Origin: a virus
Taxonomy: Duplodnaviria > Caudoviricetes
IMG/VR virus record: IMGVR_UViG_3300033121_001713
Span: 1 to 64,000 of that record
DNA length: 64,000 bases
Strand: one strand, 5' to 3'
Each line of letters starts with the position of its first letter. Positions within the stretch are counted from its first letter, which is position 1. The notes below the pieces were generated by a model. The model was given only the letters and a program-made list of their open reading frames with translations, was not told the DNA's origin and searched no databases. Of the stretch, positions 29,230 to 39,561 are shown one piece after another. Position numbers and translations under genes: made by a program.

Positions 29230-29589
29230 ATGCCCGAGTATGTGAACAATAAATTGTTGTATGAGGAGATCTGCATCTCGCTCAAACAGAAAAAGCTCAC
29301 GCCAAAAGCTGAGGCCTATCTCATGCTGATCGCCGATAGGGCAATCGCTAAGCTCAGATATGCCGATGAGATGGACAAGGAAGACTGTGTGTCTTTTGCT
29401 AGGCTAGAGCTGATCAGATACTGGGATCGATTCAAGCCAGAGAAGTCTAAGAACGCATTTGCATACTTCACCCAGATAGCCAAGAACGGCTATGCAAAGG
29501 GTTGGAACATCTTACATCCGACAAAATACGCTGGAACTGTCTCGATCACCGGTAGGAACGACGAGACCGATGGCATATTCAGCGTCTAA
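29230..29589 (+). CDS. gp55: Late-transcription sigma factor (gp55-like), minimal size
   Basis: YVNNKLL, MLIA, DKEDC, RYWDRFKPEKSKNAFAYFTQI. Confidence 0.85.
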   Translation: MPEYVNNKLLYEEICISLKQKKLTPKAEAYLMLIADRAIAKLRYADEMDKEDCVSFARLELIRYWDRFKPEKSKNAFAYFTQIAKNGYAKGWNILHPTKYAGTVSITGRNDETDGIFSV

Positions 29590-29608
29590 CCAAACTGCAC
29601 TGCTGTAG

Positions 29609-30940
29609 ATGAAAAGGATATTGCCATTCAACGAGTTTGAAGCCTTGGATCGAATCCAGGCGGATCTTAGCCGCATTCCTGTTTTCGAGTATTCGGATCC
29701 CATCGAAGGAATCATCGCAAACGAGATCGCCGATGAGATCGAATCTAGGGTAACGTCGCTGGATGAAGCCCTCTCTTCTGGTTATCTTCGCACGATCTTG
29801 AATGGCATGCCAAGCTATGGTAAAAAGAGCTCTGATGCCGATTTTGCCAAGGCGCTTTATCGCTCATACAAGATTGCACTGAACGATGTTCAGGATTCAG
29901 ATTTCATCCATCACGGTGATCCATCGATAGCCTTCAGCAAAGGAGCCAATCCCGATTCGCTCTTTTTCATGATGTGCGATCGTCAGCAAACTATAGATGG
30001 ATTGAACAGAAACGTTGGCAAGATCCCTAATCCATTTGTCGTTGCTGTCATTCAAGCTGGTAAGGGCTTGCTAGTTACTAAGGCGACCGATCCAAAGATC
30101 ACTTCACTTCCTAGAGTAGGATATCGAGGTTCATCCCAGAAATCGTCAGACCGCTATGGATGGCTATCGGATGATGGCAACGCCGCTGTTGGATACTCGT
30201 TTACGTCTATCCAAGGCCGAGATAATGGAATAAGCGTCAGCCGCAGCAATATCTTGGCCCTTGCAACGTTTGCGCTTGAACTGAATGTCCAAGCGTTCAT
30301 AAATCGACAAGGGACTGTTGAAGACATACGAAAGCAGAGGTACGAACAGAAACAGGGAGTGCTCGTTTGGAAGCCTGGCGACAAGAAAGAATTGCAGCAG
30401 CTGAGGCAAGCTAACGCTGATAGACGAAAGGCTATGCTCGGCGCAAGGGTCTCGGTCGAGGACCTCTTCTCGATCTATTCAGAGGCTAACACGATTGCAA
30501 CGAATGCGATCAACAAGTTCTTCCATGGTGGCAACATCCCTAAAGATCCGGCTGAAGCGGCAAGATCTATCGGTATCTCTTCGTCGTCTTGGTCTCACAT
30601 GCCAGATTTCATCGATAACGGGCTTAGAGATATTTCCAGCGCGATGACAAATATGCTCTCGTCTCTAAGAGATGCGATGCGTTTCTGTTACAGCTATTAT
30701 GATAAGTCCCAGAGGATCGATAACCTCACGAATTGCCTAGAGGCTGGCAAAGTGCCAGATGAAAATGAGATGCCATCTGAGATCGATCTAGACGAGACCA
30801 GCGCGAAACGACTGAAAAACAGGATCGATTTCTACGCTTCGTCTATGACTGAATCTTTGAAGGACCTCGTGACGTACAAGAGTTACATGGCCAGGTACCT
30901 GAATGAAGTAAACAAGGCTGTCGCCAGCTCCGGGATATGA
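29609..30940 (+). CDS. Capsid-targeting-tagged hypothetical protein
   Basis: N-terminal MKRILPFNEF; LDEA junction; 443 aa. Confidence 0.65.
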   Translation: MKRILPFNEFEALDRIQADLSRIPVFEYSDPIEGIIANEIADEIESRVTSLDEALSSGYLRTILNGMPSYGKKSSDADFAKALYRSYKIALNDVQDSDFIHHGDPSIAFSKGANPDSLFFMMCDRQQTIDGLNRNVGKIPNPFVVAVIQAGKGLLVTKATDPKITSLPRVGYRGSSQKSSDRYGWLSDDGNAAVGYSFTSIQGRDNGISVSRSNILALATFALELNVQAFINRQGTVEDIRKQRYEQKQGVLVWKPGDKKELQQLRQANADRRKAMLGARVSVEDLFSIYSEANTIATNAINKFFHGGNIPKDPAEAARSIGISSSSWSHMPDFIDNGLRDISSAMTNMLSSLRDAMRFCYSYYDKSQRIDNLTNCLEAGKVPDENEMPSEIDLDETSAKRLKNRIDFYASSMTESLKDLVTYKSYMARYLNEVNKAVASSGI

Positions 30941-31188
30941 TCAAGAAATTTCGCCATGCTCTGCTAGAGGCCACATCTGCTTCCGATTTCAGCAACACCT
31001 TCGACCTGGACGGTGTCTGGTGGGAGAAATGGAAGAGCGCCCATGGCGACGAATACGAGATCAAGAAGAACGAATTCCAGAACACAATGGAAGTGAGGAG
31101 GAAGGATGGCGGTAAGCTTGAATTCATCTTCGATATCGAGAGGAACAAAGTCTTCACTAACCGGGATCTCGATTTCCTTAACTCTTGA
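30937..31188 (+). CDS. Small tagged hypothetical protein
   Basis: N-terminal MIKKFRHALLEA. Confidence 0.6.
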   Translation: MIKKFRHALLEATSASDFSNTFDLDGVWWEKWKSAHGDEYEIKKNEFQNTMEVRRKDGGKLEFIFDIERNKVFTNRDLDFLNS

Positions 31189-31191
31189 TCA

Positions 31192-31668
31192 GTGGACATC
31201 AAGTCCAATAGGCCGAATCCTAAGTCACAGTTCAAACAGGGATACTTTCGAATAGATGAGTGTCTCAAGTACCGTGGACAGGGCCCCATCATCTATCGCT
31301 CATCATGGGAGAAGAAGTTCTGTGAGTATTGCGAGAGGTCACCAGACATAGCCTGGTGGTCCTCGGAGTCAGTGCAGATCAGGTACTATCATCCCATCAC
31401 AAAGAAGATCCACACGTACTTTCCGGACTTCTTGCTCAAGATGACAGATGGATCGACGATCATAGCAGAGATCAAGCCTAAGTTTCAGCTTGTAGAGCCA
31501 AAGCCGCCGAAAAGGCGCACCCCAGAGTCAGTCAAGAAGTTTGCGAGAACGATGCGTGACTATGTCACGAATATGGCCAAGGCAAAGGCTGCCAAGGAAC
31601 TGGCGGCGAAACGTGGATTCAAGTATCTGCTTGTGACTGAGGATTTCTTCAAACCTAGCGCATCTTGA
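31192..31668 (+). CDS. gp4: Head completion nuclease (gp4, TnsA-like)
   Basis: IIYRSSWE, WSSE, YFPDF, EIKP, N.AK..AA, VTE. Confidence 0.9.
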   Translation: MDIKSNRPNPKSQFKQGYFRIDECLKYRGQGPIIYRSSWEKKFCEYCERSPDIAWWSSESVQIRYYHPITKKIHTYFPDFLLKMTDGSTIIAEIKPKFQLVEPKPPKRRTPESVKKFARTMRDYVTNMAKAKAAKELAAKRGFKYLLVTEDFFKPSAS

Positions 31669-32396
31669 TAAAGGGTCTCATAGATGTCCTGAAGGAGCTT
31701 GTCAAGCTCGCCCGGGTGGCCGTGGAGGAGCAGGACCCAGAGGACGAGGCGCACCTGACTGCCTATGAGTGGCTAATCAGAGAAATGGAGGACCCCAAGA
31801 GCACACGAGTCCAATTAGTGCCTAATCGGAAACTTCAGCCCGGCAAGATCTACATCTTCAAGTATAACGCCAAAACTAAGGACAAGCTGGAATACTGGGA
31901 CATGCATCCAGTGATGCTTTTCATAGGCTCGATACTGGTCGGTAAATTCAGGCTCGATATGGGCCTCAACATTACCTGGTGGCCGCCCAAGTTCCGAAGA
32001 ATGATAGTCGAGCGAATCAGAAAACTCTACAAGTCGCAATACGAGTCGGCTATCTCCGAGCACCCGATGTCTGCACTGGAACAGCGCAAAGTTCCGCTCG
32101 ACATCTATTCGCTTAGGTATGCGCTTGACACGCTTGGATTCACCTTCGCTCTTCGGCACTATTACCGTGAAAGAATGAGCCAAGATGTCTATGTGGTCGA
32201 CTATGAGGCATGGGATCGAATCGTGAACCTCAACGTTCCTAGAGTTTTTCCAACCCTGAAAGGGTCCATCAATCTCCAAGAGATCTACCAGAGGCACAGG
32301 AGGTTCATCGACCGAGTCAATTTAGATCGCAATGGACACATGAAGCGTATTCAGCAGAACAAACAGAATCGTTACTACTCCTTTGTGAGTCAATAG
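31665..32396 (+). CDS. gp2: DNA end protector (gp2-like)
   Basis: PGKIYIFKYNAKTKDKLEYWDMHP, GLN...P..R, ALRHY. Confidence 0.8.
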   Translation: MIKGLIDVLKELVKLARVAVEEQDPEDEAHLTAYEWLIREMEDPKSTRVQLVPNRKLQPGKIYIFKYNAKTKDKLEYWDMHPVMLFIGSILVGKFRLDMGLNITWWPPKFRRMIVERIRKLYKSQYESAISEHPMSALEQRKVPLDIYSLRYALDTLGFTFALRHYYRERMSQDVYVVDYEAWDRIVNLNVPRVFPTLKGSINLQEIYQRHRRFIDRVNLDRNGHMKRIQQNKQNRYYSFVSQ

Positions 32397-32399
32397 ATA
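32392..32399 (+). promoter_or_regulatory. Putative late promoter AATAGATA, 7 nt before portal ATG
   Basis: Motif match. Confidence 0.65.
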
Positions 32400-32406
32400 A
32401 GGAAGC

Positions 32407-34116
32407 ATGGCGGGGTTCGTAGACGTCCAGAATAGAAAGCTCAGCAGAAGGATTGGGAAGGCTCTGAAGAACCTCTCTTCTTTCGGGATGCAGTACGACG
32501 ACATGGTCGTCAAGCAATCCCACGCCATCGGTATCAATGAGGATCGCTTCGGATGGAGGTACGATCCTACAAACGCTGCCGGAGGAGATTATGATGAGTA
32601 TGGCCTATTGGCCAATCTGTCTTTGACAGATATCAATCTCCGGAAGAACATCTCTTTCTTCGATAAGACCTACAAGAAGAAGAGGGAAGAGCTCAGGCGT
32701 TTCGCAGTCCAGGACGAGATCGAAGAGATCCTCGATATTCTCTGCGATGAGTCCATCGTCTACGACGACAAGAACTACTTCTGTGAGCCACTGATCTTTG
32801 ACAGCGAAGATCTGAAACCAGACATTGCTGTCCAAGTCAAGTCGAAACTGCTCATCAATTTCAAGAGGATCTACCAGTACTTCGGTTTCAACAATGACAT
32901 AGCGGCCTGGTCGTTTTTCAGGAAATGGCTGATCGATGGGTACATTGCGTACGAGATCATCTACGACGAGAAGCAAGAGAACATCATAGGCTTCAAGGAG
33001 CTAGATCCTATTACCCTTGAGCCTGGCGTAGACAAGGACGGGAAGAAGACGTGGCATCAGTTCAAAGGCGATCCTAACAAGGAGCGCATGCTGTACGATT
33101 CTCAGATCATCTACATCTCGTCTAGCATGAACGGGATCAGTAGAGTATCGTACGTCGAGAGGCTGATCAGGTCATTCAATCTGCTAAGGATCATGGAACA
33201 CTCCAGGATCATTTGGGCAGTGGTAAACGCGTCATTCAAGACCAAGTTCATCATTCCAGTCGGAGGCAAGAGCAAGAACAAGGCCAGACAGAGCCTAGCC
33301 AGCGTGATGAACCAGTATAGGGAGAACATCGAATTCGATTCTAACTCCGGTGAACTCCAAGTCAATGGCAAACCAATGATGCCATTCAACAAGGAGTATT
33401 GGATTCCTAAGGGAGAGAATGGCGAGCCTACCATCGAGACCTTCGGCAATGATGGGCCAGACCTTTCAGATACCAATGCCCTCAAGTATTTCAGGAACAA
33501 GCTCAACAAGGTCTCGAAGATTCCTTCTTCCAGATTCGACAGCGATAGCCAATCAGGCCAGACTTGGCAGCTCAGCGCCGAGGCCATTCAACGCGAAGAG
33601 ATCAGGTTCTCTCGTTTCATCTCTAGGATCAGATCAGTATTCCAAGAGATCATGGTCAAGCCTCTCTGGCTTCAGATGTGCCTCGATTTTCCTGAACTCA
33701 AGGAAGATGATGCGTTCAGGGCCCAGATCGGAATCCGCTATAACAAGTACAACTATTTCGATGACATGATGGAGATCGAAGTAGCTACTAAGAGGCTTGA
33801 CTTTGTGACCAGGATGAAGGAAGGATTGGTAGACATGGATCCGAACATGAATGAACAGAAGTACTTCTCGAACGAGTTCCTGATTAGGCGTTACATGAAG
33901 TTCAATCAGGATGACATCAACGAGAACAAGCGTCTCAAGGATGCCGAGATCAAGAAGATGGCAAAGGACGCGAAAGACAATCTGCCCAAAATCCCAGGCT
34001 TAGCAGGTGGATTTGGAGGCGGTCGTGGCGGTGCTAGAAATTCGATTCCATCGGGCCCAAAGATCGGAGAATCTAAGAACAACCAAGCTGACTTCTCGAC
34101 TTACATCGAGAGCTGA
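32407..34116 (+). CDS. gp20: Portal protein (gp20)
   Basis: EIEEILD..CDESIV, FRKWLIDG, ELDP, N.LRIME...IIW, EYWIP, KIPSSRF, IQREEIRF..FI. Confidence 0.93.
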   Translation: MAGFVDVQNRKLSRRIGKALKNLSSFGMQYDDMVVKQSHAIGINEDRFGWRYDPTNAAGGDYDEYGLLANLSLTDINLRKNISFFDKTYKKKREELRRFAVQDEIEEILDILCDESIVYDDKNYFCEPLIFDSEDLKPDIAVQVKSKLLINFKRIYQYFGFNNDIAAWSFFRKWLIDGYIAYEIIYDEKQENIIGFKELDPITLEPGVDKDGKKTWHQFKGDPNKERMLYDSQIIYISSSMNGISRVSYVERLIRSFNLLRIMEHSRIIWAVVNASFKTKFIIPVGGKSKNKARQSLASVMNQYRENIEFDSNSGELQVNGKPMMPFNKEYWIPKGENGEPTIETFGNDGPDLSDTNALKYFRNKLNKVSKIPSSRFDSDSQSGQTWQLSAEAIQREEIRFSRFISRIRSVFQEIMVKPLWLQMCLDFPELKEDDAFRAQIGIRYNKYNYFDDMMEIEVATKRLDFVTRMKEGLVDMDPNMNEQKYFSNEFLIRRYMKFNQDDINENKRLKDAEIKKMAKDAKDNLPKIPGLAGGFGGGRGGARNSIPSGPKIGESKNNQADFSTYIES

Positions 34117-34150
34117 TTTGGGATAGCCAATGGATTTGCGTTTGACGAAT

Positions 34151-34158
34151 GATACATA
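34151..34158 (+). promoter_or_regulatory. Putative late promoter GATACATA
   Basis: Motif variant upstream of the protease/capsid operon. Confidence 0.6.
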
Positions 34159-34180
34159 TCGAAAAGTCGAGTAGACCTGC

Positions 34181-35992
34181 ATGGTGAAGAAGCCCTTTCT
34201 AGTCTGTGAGCGATCGAGCTCGGAACTTGCTATTCAAGATAGCGACAAGTACGTGCTTGAGGGGATCTTCACGGAGTTTGGAGTCAAGAACAAGAACGGC
34301 AGGATCTACGAAGAGGCCGAAGTCATCCCTCACATCGAGGCGATGCAGAAGAAGATCTCTCAGAAGAAGCTAGTTGGCGAGCTCGATCACCCAAAGTCGT
34401 TCGATGTCTCTTACAAGAATGCTTCACACGTCATCGAAGATCTTCGATATGACAAGGAGAATGGCCAAGTTATCGGTAGAATCAGGCTTCTGAATACTAC
34501 CAACGGCAAAGAGGCCCAGGCCCTAGTCGACGCTGGCATCCCGTTGCACATTTCTAGCAGAGCAGCCGGTATAGTAGAGAACAACGGTAAGGTGAAGATC
34601 AAGAAGATGTTCACCTACGATCTGGTAGCTGATCCTGGTTTCGAGAATGCTACACTCAAGAGCGTTAACGAATCGTATGGATTCGATCCAGAAGGGCCAA
34701 TTCAACTCTATGAGGTCGATAACATCCCAGCCGACCTCTTGGAGGAAGGCGACGACAAAACCAACAAGAACTCGGAGATGACCAACGAGCAATATGTCTC
34801 TGTTGCCGATTTTCACAAATTCACGGAGATCCTAAAGGGCACGCGTGAAAAGGAAATGGCCAAGATTCGTGAAGAACTCAAGAGTTTGATCGAGAGCGCC
34901 AAGCCAGCCGATTCGGTCGATGCCGATTTGGCCAAGAGAGTTACGGCGCTCGAGGAAGAGAACAAGAAGCTTAACGAGGAGCTAGTTAACCTATCCGGCT
35001 TCTCCGACTATGTGGTCGAGCATCTTGAAAAGGTCATCGATTACTCTTCGTTGATTGCTAAGACCGTTAACGAGGGATCCGCAGACAAGAATGAACTCGA
35101 GAAGGCCATCAAGTACATCAAGCTTTTGGCTGAGAACCTTGACAATGTCATCGAGTACCAGAAGTTCACGGTCAACGAGACGAATAGCCGCTTCCGCTAT
35201 CAGAACAGAATCAACGAGCACACTGATGCTCTGATCAGCCACCAGGATTACCTCGTGGAAGCTATGGATTCATTCAAGCGATTTGGCGATCATCTTGGAT
35301 CAGGGCTTAACACTACGATCAAGGCTGTTGATGAGCTTCACGAGAGCGTGAAAGCGATCAATGAGGGCAGGGTGATTATCAAGACTGATGATAGCAACGT
35401 CACCAAGATCGACGAATCGACGGCCCAAACCGTTGAAGTGAACGAGACAAGTACGATCAACGAAGACAACAGGGATATTGACGAGAACATCGATCAAATC
35501 CTCAACGAGAACAACACATCTGCTAAGGAGCAAAAGGCAGACAACTCCAAATACCCATTCTACTCGTTCCTGAGCAAGGAAAATCGCGAGAAGTTTGACT
35601 CCCTCGAAGAGCAGGAGTTGGCCAGGGTCGTGGAGGCTTTCAAGAAAAACAAGTACTTCGGTTCCATCGACGTCGAGCGGATCTGGGAGTCGGCTATGAA
35701 TCCGGCACCAGCTAAGCTTGATTGGATCAAGGACATGCCGAGCGAGTATCGCCCAATCTGGGAGAGCCTCGATCCCGGTGCTCAAAGAGCCATCAAGGCG
35801 CAAGCCTCGATGCGTGCCCTAGACACCGAGTACAAGATCGCAAACTTCTGGCAAACCAGAGACCTGCGAGCTGTTCGAATGAGTGCCCCAGAGATTCAAC
35901 CAATTCCAATCAACGAAAGTTCTAACTTCACCAGCGACGATTCTTACATGGAATCAGTGAAGGCTGGGTTGAAGAGGCGCTTCAACAAATAA
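34181..35992 (+). CDS. gp21: Prohead protease (gp21-like) fused to scaffold/core domain
   Basis: LEGIF, NKNGRIY, GELDHP, SHVI, ISSRAAG, TYDLVADP; then ~430-aa coiled coil rich in xNE sites. Confidence 0.9.
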   Translation: MVKKPFLVCERSSSELAIQDSDKYVLEGIFTEFGVKNKNGRIYEEAEVIPHIEAMQKKISQKKLVGELDHPKSFDVSYKNASHVIEDLRYDKENGQVIGRIRLLNTTNGKEAQALVDAGIPLHISSRAAGIVENNGKVKIKKMFTYDLVADPGFENATLKSVNESYGFDPEGPIQLYEVDNIPADLLEEGDDKTNKNSEMTNEQYVSVADFHKFTEILKGTREKEMAKIREELKSLIESAKPADSVDADLAKRVTALEEENKKLNEELVNLSGFSDYVVEHLEKVIDYSSLIAKTVNEGSADKNELEKAIKYIKLLAENLDNVIEYQKFTVNETNSRFRYQNRINEHTDALISHQDYLVEAMDSFKRFGDHLGSGLNTTIKAVDELHESVKAINEGRVIIKTDDSNVTKIDESTAQTVEVNETSTINEDNRDIDENIDQILNENNTSAKEQKADNSKYPFYSFLSKENREKFDSLEEQELARVVEAFKKNKYFGSIDVERIWESAMNPAPAKLDWIKDMPSEYRPIWESLDPGAQRAIKAQASMRALDTEYKIANFWQTRDLRAVRMSAPEIQPIPINESSNFTSDDSYMESVKAGLKRRFNK

Positions 35993-36000
35993 CACTTCTG

Positions 36001-37659
36001 ATGAAATTCATCAACGAAGCGGAGATTATTTCGAAGTGGGCTCCTATCATTGAGTCTGCCACCGAAATCCGCGACAGAAACAAACTGACGTGGATGTCGA
36101 AGATGTGCCACGTCCATGAGCTGTTCGAGAACGGTCTCCTCCTGGAGAACAACTCGTACTCTCAGCTGACGGCCGTCAATGGCATGGGTGATACCAGGTT
36201 CCCTGGCAACCCGACCACCCAGGCTAACTTCCGCAACCAGACCCCTGGTTCCGGTGATAAGGCAACCCTGTTGCCTCTGGCGATGCAGGTAGCTGCACAA
36301 ACGATCGGCTTGGACCTCGTTCCAGTCGTTCCGATGGCATCTCCTATCGGCATCCACACCTACATGGACTATGTCTATTCTGGTGGTAAGACGGCTGGCA
36401 CTGGGACCGACATCCCACTGATGATCAAGCTGAACTACGGCACGACCGCCACTCCTCCGACCTTCACGGTTGGTGCGACCTCGGCCACGTCGAACGGCGT
36501 TAGCTTCTCGGTCATCGGCACTTCGAGGATCGACGGTTTCCCGATCCTGCACGTCCGTGGTTCTTTGACCTCTGGCACGCTGCTTTCCAACGCACAGTCC
36601 ATCCTGAACTCCGGTCCTGGTATCGGCGTCGGTGGTGCTACTGGTACGACCGGTGGTAACGCCTTCACGGTGGAACTGGTCAAGGCGCTGGAAGATCACG
36701 TCACCGGTTTCTCGGGCGACGCTCTTGCTAACCTGACTTACACTGGTGAGACCTTCACCCCGTACAGCAGGACACAGGGTGAGAGCACGATGGACAACGT
36801 GATGAACCTGCAGCTCTTCAACAAGTCCGTCGAAGCTAAGACCTTCCAGGTTGCGGCTGCCGTGACTCGTGAGCAGGTTCAGGACCTCAAGCAGTTCGGT
36901 ATCGATGCTATCGCTCAGGTGGAATCGGTCCTGATCAATGAGGTGACCCAGTCCATCAACAAGAACATCCTCGGCAGGCTGTTCGAACTCGGCGAAAGGA
37001 ACCACGTTAAGGTCATCCGCACTCAGGGCACGAACTTCTTCGTGAACCTTGGCGCCACGGCCCTCACGGTCACAGCGTCGGCTTCTGCGAACACCGCTAC
37101 GGCGTTCGGTAGCTACATCAACGACAGCACTCTGCTGGCTACGACGATGGCAGCTACGGAAAACGTGAACTCTGCTTCCGAGAACCTCCACACCCGTCAG
37201 AGGAAGATCATGTCGAAGATCCTCGCGATCTCGAACATGATTGCTACCCGCGGCAGGCGTGGACCTGCTACGTTCGTCGTGACGAACGCCCAGGTGTGCT
37301 CGGCTCTGCAAGATTGCGCAGGCTTCGTTGCGGCTCCAATGGCCAACACGATGAACCAGATGGGCGGTTCCCTCTACCCAGTGGGTACCCTCGCTGGCCT
37401 CGCGGTCTACAGCGACCCGAACATGGCATGGAACGATACCCGCTTCTGCGTCGGTAGGAAGGGCACTGGCGATGAGCCTGGTGTGATCTTCATGCCGTAC
37501 CTGATGGCGGAAAGCGTGCAGGCCATCGTTGAAGGTACCATGAGCCCGAAGCTCGCCGTCAAGTCGAGGTACGCCCTCGTTGAGGCAGGCTTCTTCCCTG
37601 AGACTATGTACCTCACCTCCGGTGTGTACATGGGAGCTCAGTTCGGCGCACTGGTCTAA
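36001..37659 (+). CDS. gp23: Major capsid protein (gp23-like)
   Basis: KWAPI, DLVPVVPM..P.G, KSVEAKT, EQVQDL, NEVTQSINK, RRGPA, FMPY, KSRYAL; strong codon bias. Confidence 0.93.
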   Translation: MKFINEAEIISKWAPIIESATEIRDRNKLTWMSKMCHVHELFENGLLLENNSYSQLTAVNGMGDTRFPGNPTTQANFRNQTPGSGDKATLLPLAMQVAAQTIGLDLVPVVPMASPIGIHTYMDYVYSGGKTAGTGTDIPLMIKLNYGTTATPPTFTVGATSATSNGVSFSVIGTSRIDGFPILHVRGSLTSGTLLSNAQSILNSGPGIGVGGATGTTGGNAFTVELVKALEDHVTGFSGDALANLTYTGETFTPYSRTQGESTMDNVMNLQLFNKSVEAKTFQVAAAVTREQVQDLKQFGIDAIAQVESVLINEVTQSINKNILGRLFELGERNHVKVIRTQGTNFFVNLGATALTVTASASANTATAFGSYINDSTLLATTMAATENVNSASENLHTRQRKIMSKILAISNMIATRGRRGPATFVVTNAQVCSALQDCAGFVAAPMANTMNQMGGSLYPVGTLAGLAVYSDPNMAWNDTRFCVGRKGTGDEPGVIFMPYLMAESVQAIVEGTMSPKLAVKSRYALVEAGFFPETMYLTSGVYMGAQFGALV

Positions 37660-37676
37660 TCGACCTACACAGACAC

Positions 37677-37714
37677 AAAGAAAGCGGCGGCCTTTTGGTC
37701 GCCGCTTTTCTTTT
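37677..37714 (+). terminator. Rho-independent terminator after the major capsid gene
   Basis: AAAGCGGCGGCC-TTTT-GGTCGCCGCTTT followed by TCTTTT. Confidence 0.85.
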
Positions 37715-37731
37715 GTGCATAGAGATTGATT

Positions 37732-38088
37732 ATGGGAGTATTCAAGATCGGATCGGTATCGAAGTTCGACAATTCGGCACATTCGAATCCTAGGCCTAGG
37801 CCGAAAGGGAATGGACAACCGAATCCTAGCCGTTGGAAGCTCAAGCGTCACTTGACGATGAATCACTACCTGATCATCGAAATCACTTATGATGATTGCA
37901 TCAACTTCGAAGGCAGAAAGATCCTGATGTTCGATAAGGGCGTGACCCTCAAGGACATCACTAGGCAAAAGCTGATCGATCCACATTTCTCAGAGTCAAA
38001 GGACTTCTTTCATCCGATCGCTAGGTTTGTGCCAACTCAGCGCGGTTGGGAAATGGCCATAGATTTAGCCATTTCGATGCGCGGATAA
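37732..38088 (+). CDS. Hypothetical phage protein
   Basis: 118 aa; CATAGAG motif 7 nt upstream (37718-37724). Confidence 0.65.
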   Translation: MGVFKIGSVSKFDNSAHSNPRPRPKGNGQPNPSRWKLKRHLTMNHYLIIEITYDDCINFEGRKILMFDKGVTLKDITRQKLIDPHFSESKDFFHPIARFVPTQRGWEMAIDLAISMRG

Positions 38089-38098
38089 CATCCCTGAC

Positions 38099-38106
38099 AA
38101 TAGATA
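38099..38106 (+). promoter_or_regulatory. Putative late promoter AATAGATA, 4 nt before ATG
   Basis: Motif match; ATG at 38111. Confidence 0.65.
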
Positions 38107-38110
38107 GGGT

Positions 38111-38611
38111 ATGTCAATGCAGCTAAGGCCAAGCGTGCGTGTAGCTATTGTGGATGAATGGAACGAATACATTCGTCTATGCAATAGATTCAAACATGTT
38201 CCAACTAGAGAGCAGCAGGAGGAGATCCTGAAGTTCATGCTTCTGATGAATTCTTCTGGAACTGCTACACTCTGTGAATCTGAGATCCAGGAAGCCAAGG
38301 GCTTTATCACTGAGGGACACGGTGAGGATTACAAGTTCTTCGATTCGGAAGGCCATGGACATGGAGATGGTTCTAAGATCGAGATCGGTAAATACATCTC
38401 ATACATCTTCAAGAGGCCTAGGATCATGGGACTGTTTTCGGAGGAGATGCGTGACGAGTTTTCGAAGATCCGATCTTGGGTAGCATTAGTCGAGAAGAAG
38501 AAGCAATTGGCCGAGTTGAATGGCGAGGCCCCATCATCAGGATCGAACTATCCGAAGCTATATTCCTCTTCGAAGAGCTATAGCCCAGCTAGAAAACCCA
38601 GCCATCACTAA
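38111..38611 (+). CDS. Late hypothetical protein
   Basis: LCES/IQEA/ITEG motif cluster. Confidence 0.6.
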   Translation: MSMQLRPSVRVAIVDEWNEYIRLCNRFKHVPTREQQEEILKFMLLMNSSGTATLCESEIQEAKGFITEGHGEDYKFFDSEGHGHGDGSKIEIGKYISYIFKRPRIMGLFSEEMRDEFSKIRSWVALVEKKKQLAELNGEAPSSGSNYPKLYSSSKSYSPARKPSHH

Positions 38612-39561
38612 TGAACGACAAGGAAAGGGTCAACTCTCAAATAGAAAAGCTTAAGGCTCAGCGAAAAAAGGTTGAGGAAGCTATCAGGCGATATGAGGAT
38701 GCGATCGAGGCTATGAAGGGCCGAACCGACGATGCTTCTCATAACAAGCGACAGGCCATCAATGCTGCACTAGAAAAGCTCAGATCCCAAAAGGAGGAGA
38801 TCAGTGCAGAAATCAACAAGCTAGAGGATGAGGATCCGGGCGCAGACGCTGATAAGCTGAAGAAAGAGATTGAGGCTCTTGAGGATCGATTGGAGCAACA
38901 GACAGAGGCTATCAACGACAAGATCGAGGCCATTCAGGAGAGGATCGATCAACTGGTCGATGGAAACGATCTCCTTGAACATCTCATCGCTAAAGAGAGA
39001 CTCAAGCTCAAGATCAGGTTCAATAGGGAAATCGTTAAGCATTTGACAGGCAAGAACGATAGAACGGAGATCACTAATCGTCTTGCTGAAGAAGACAAGA
39101 AGCTCAAAGACTGGAGCGAAAAATTCAACATTCTGATCAAGGAGGTCGATGATAAACATGGCGACGATCCTGAAGTCAAGAAAGCTAAGGAGAGTTCAGC
39201 CAAGGAGATGGAATCCGAAAAGGAACGCATCGCTGAGCTGACTCGCCTACACAAGGAGTTAGAATCAGCGCAAAGCGATCAAGCGAAGGAAGGCATCCAA
39301 TCCAGGATCGATAAGCTCGAAAAAGAACAGATCGATGCTGAAGTAGAATCTGGCAAGAAGAGCAAAGAAGAGGCCAAAGGCGATAAGGAGCAGATCGAGC
39401 TCGAAAAGAAGATCAGCGACCTCGAAGATGCAAGATCCGAGCTCGAGAAATCGGATTCTAAGGAGAAGAAGGATAAGCTAGAGATGGTAGACACCATGCT
39501 TTCGAACTATAGGAAGAGGCTTAGCGCACTGAAAGGCAAGAAGAAGGAGGAGAACCGATGA
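38611..39561 (+). CDS. Highly charged coiled-coil protein
   Basis: E/K/D-rich heptads throughout; TAATG coupling. Confidence 0.7.
   Translation: MNDKERVNSQIEKLKAQRKKVEEAIRRYEDAIEAMKGRTDDASHNKRQAINAALEKLRSQKEEISAEINKLEDEDPGADADKLKKEIEALEDRLEQQTEAINDKIEAIQERIDQLVDGNDLLEHLIAKERLKLKIRFNREIVKHLTGKNDRTEITNRLAEEDKKLKDWSEKFNILIKEVDDKHGDDPEVKKAKESSAKEMESEKERIAELTRLHKELESAQSDQAKEGIQSRIDKLEKEQIDAEVESGKKSKEEAKGDKEQIELEKKISDLEDARSELEKSDSKEKKDKLEMVDTMLSNYRKRLSALKGKKKEENR

Noticed and set aside
31192-31668. TnsA transposase / Tn7-like element
   Set aside because: Position next to gp2 and portal and its motifs fit the gp4 head completion nuclease; no other tns genes
35944-37986. 680-aa minus-strand ORF
   Set aside because: Antisense shadow of the strongly codon-biased major capsid gene; no recognisable motifs
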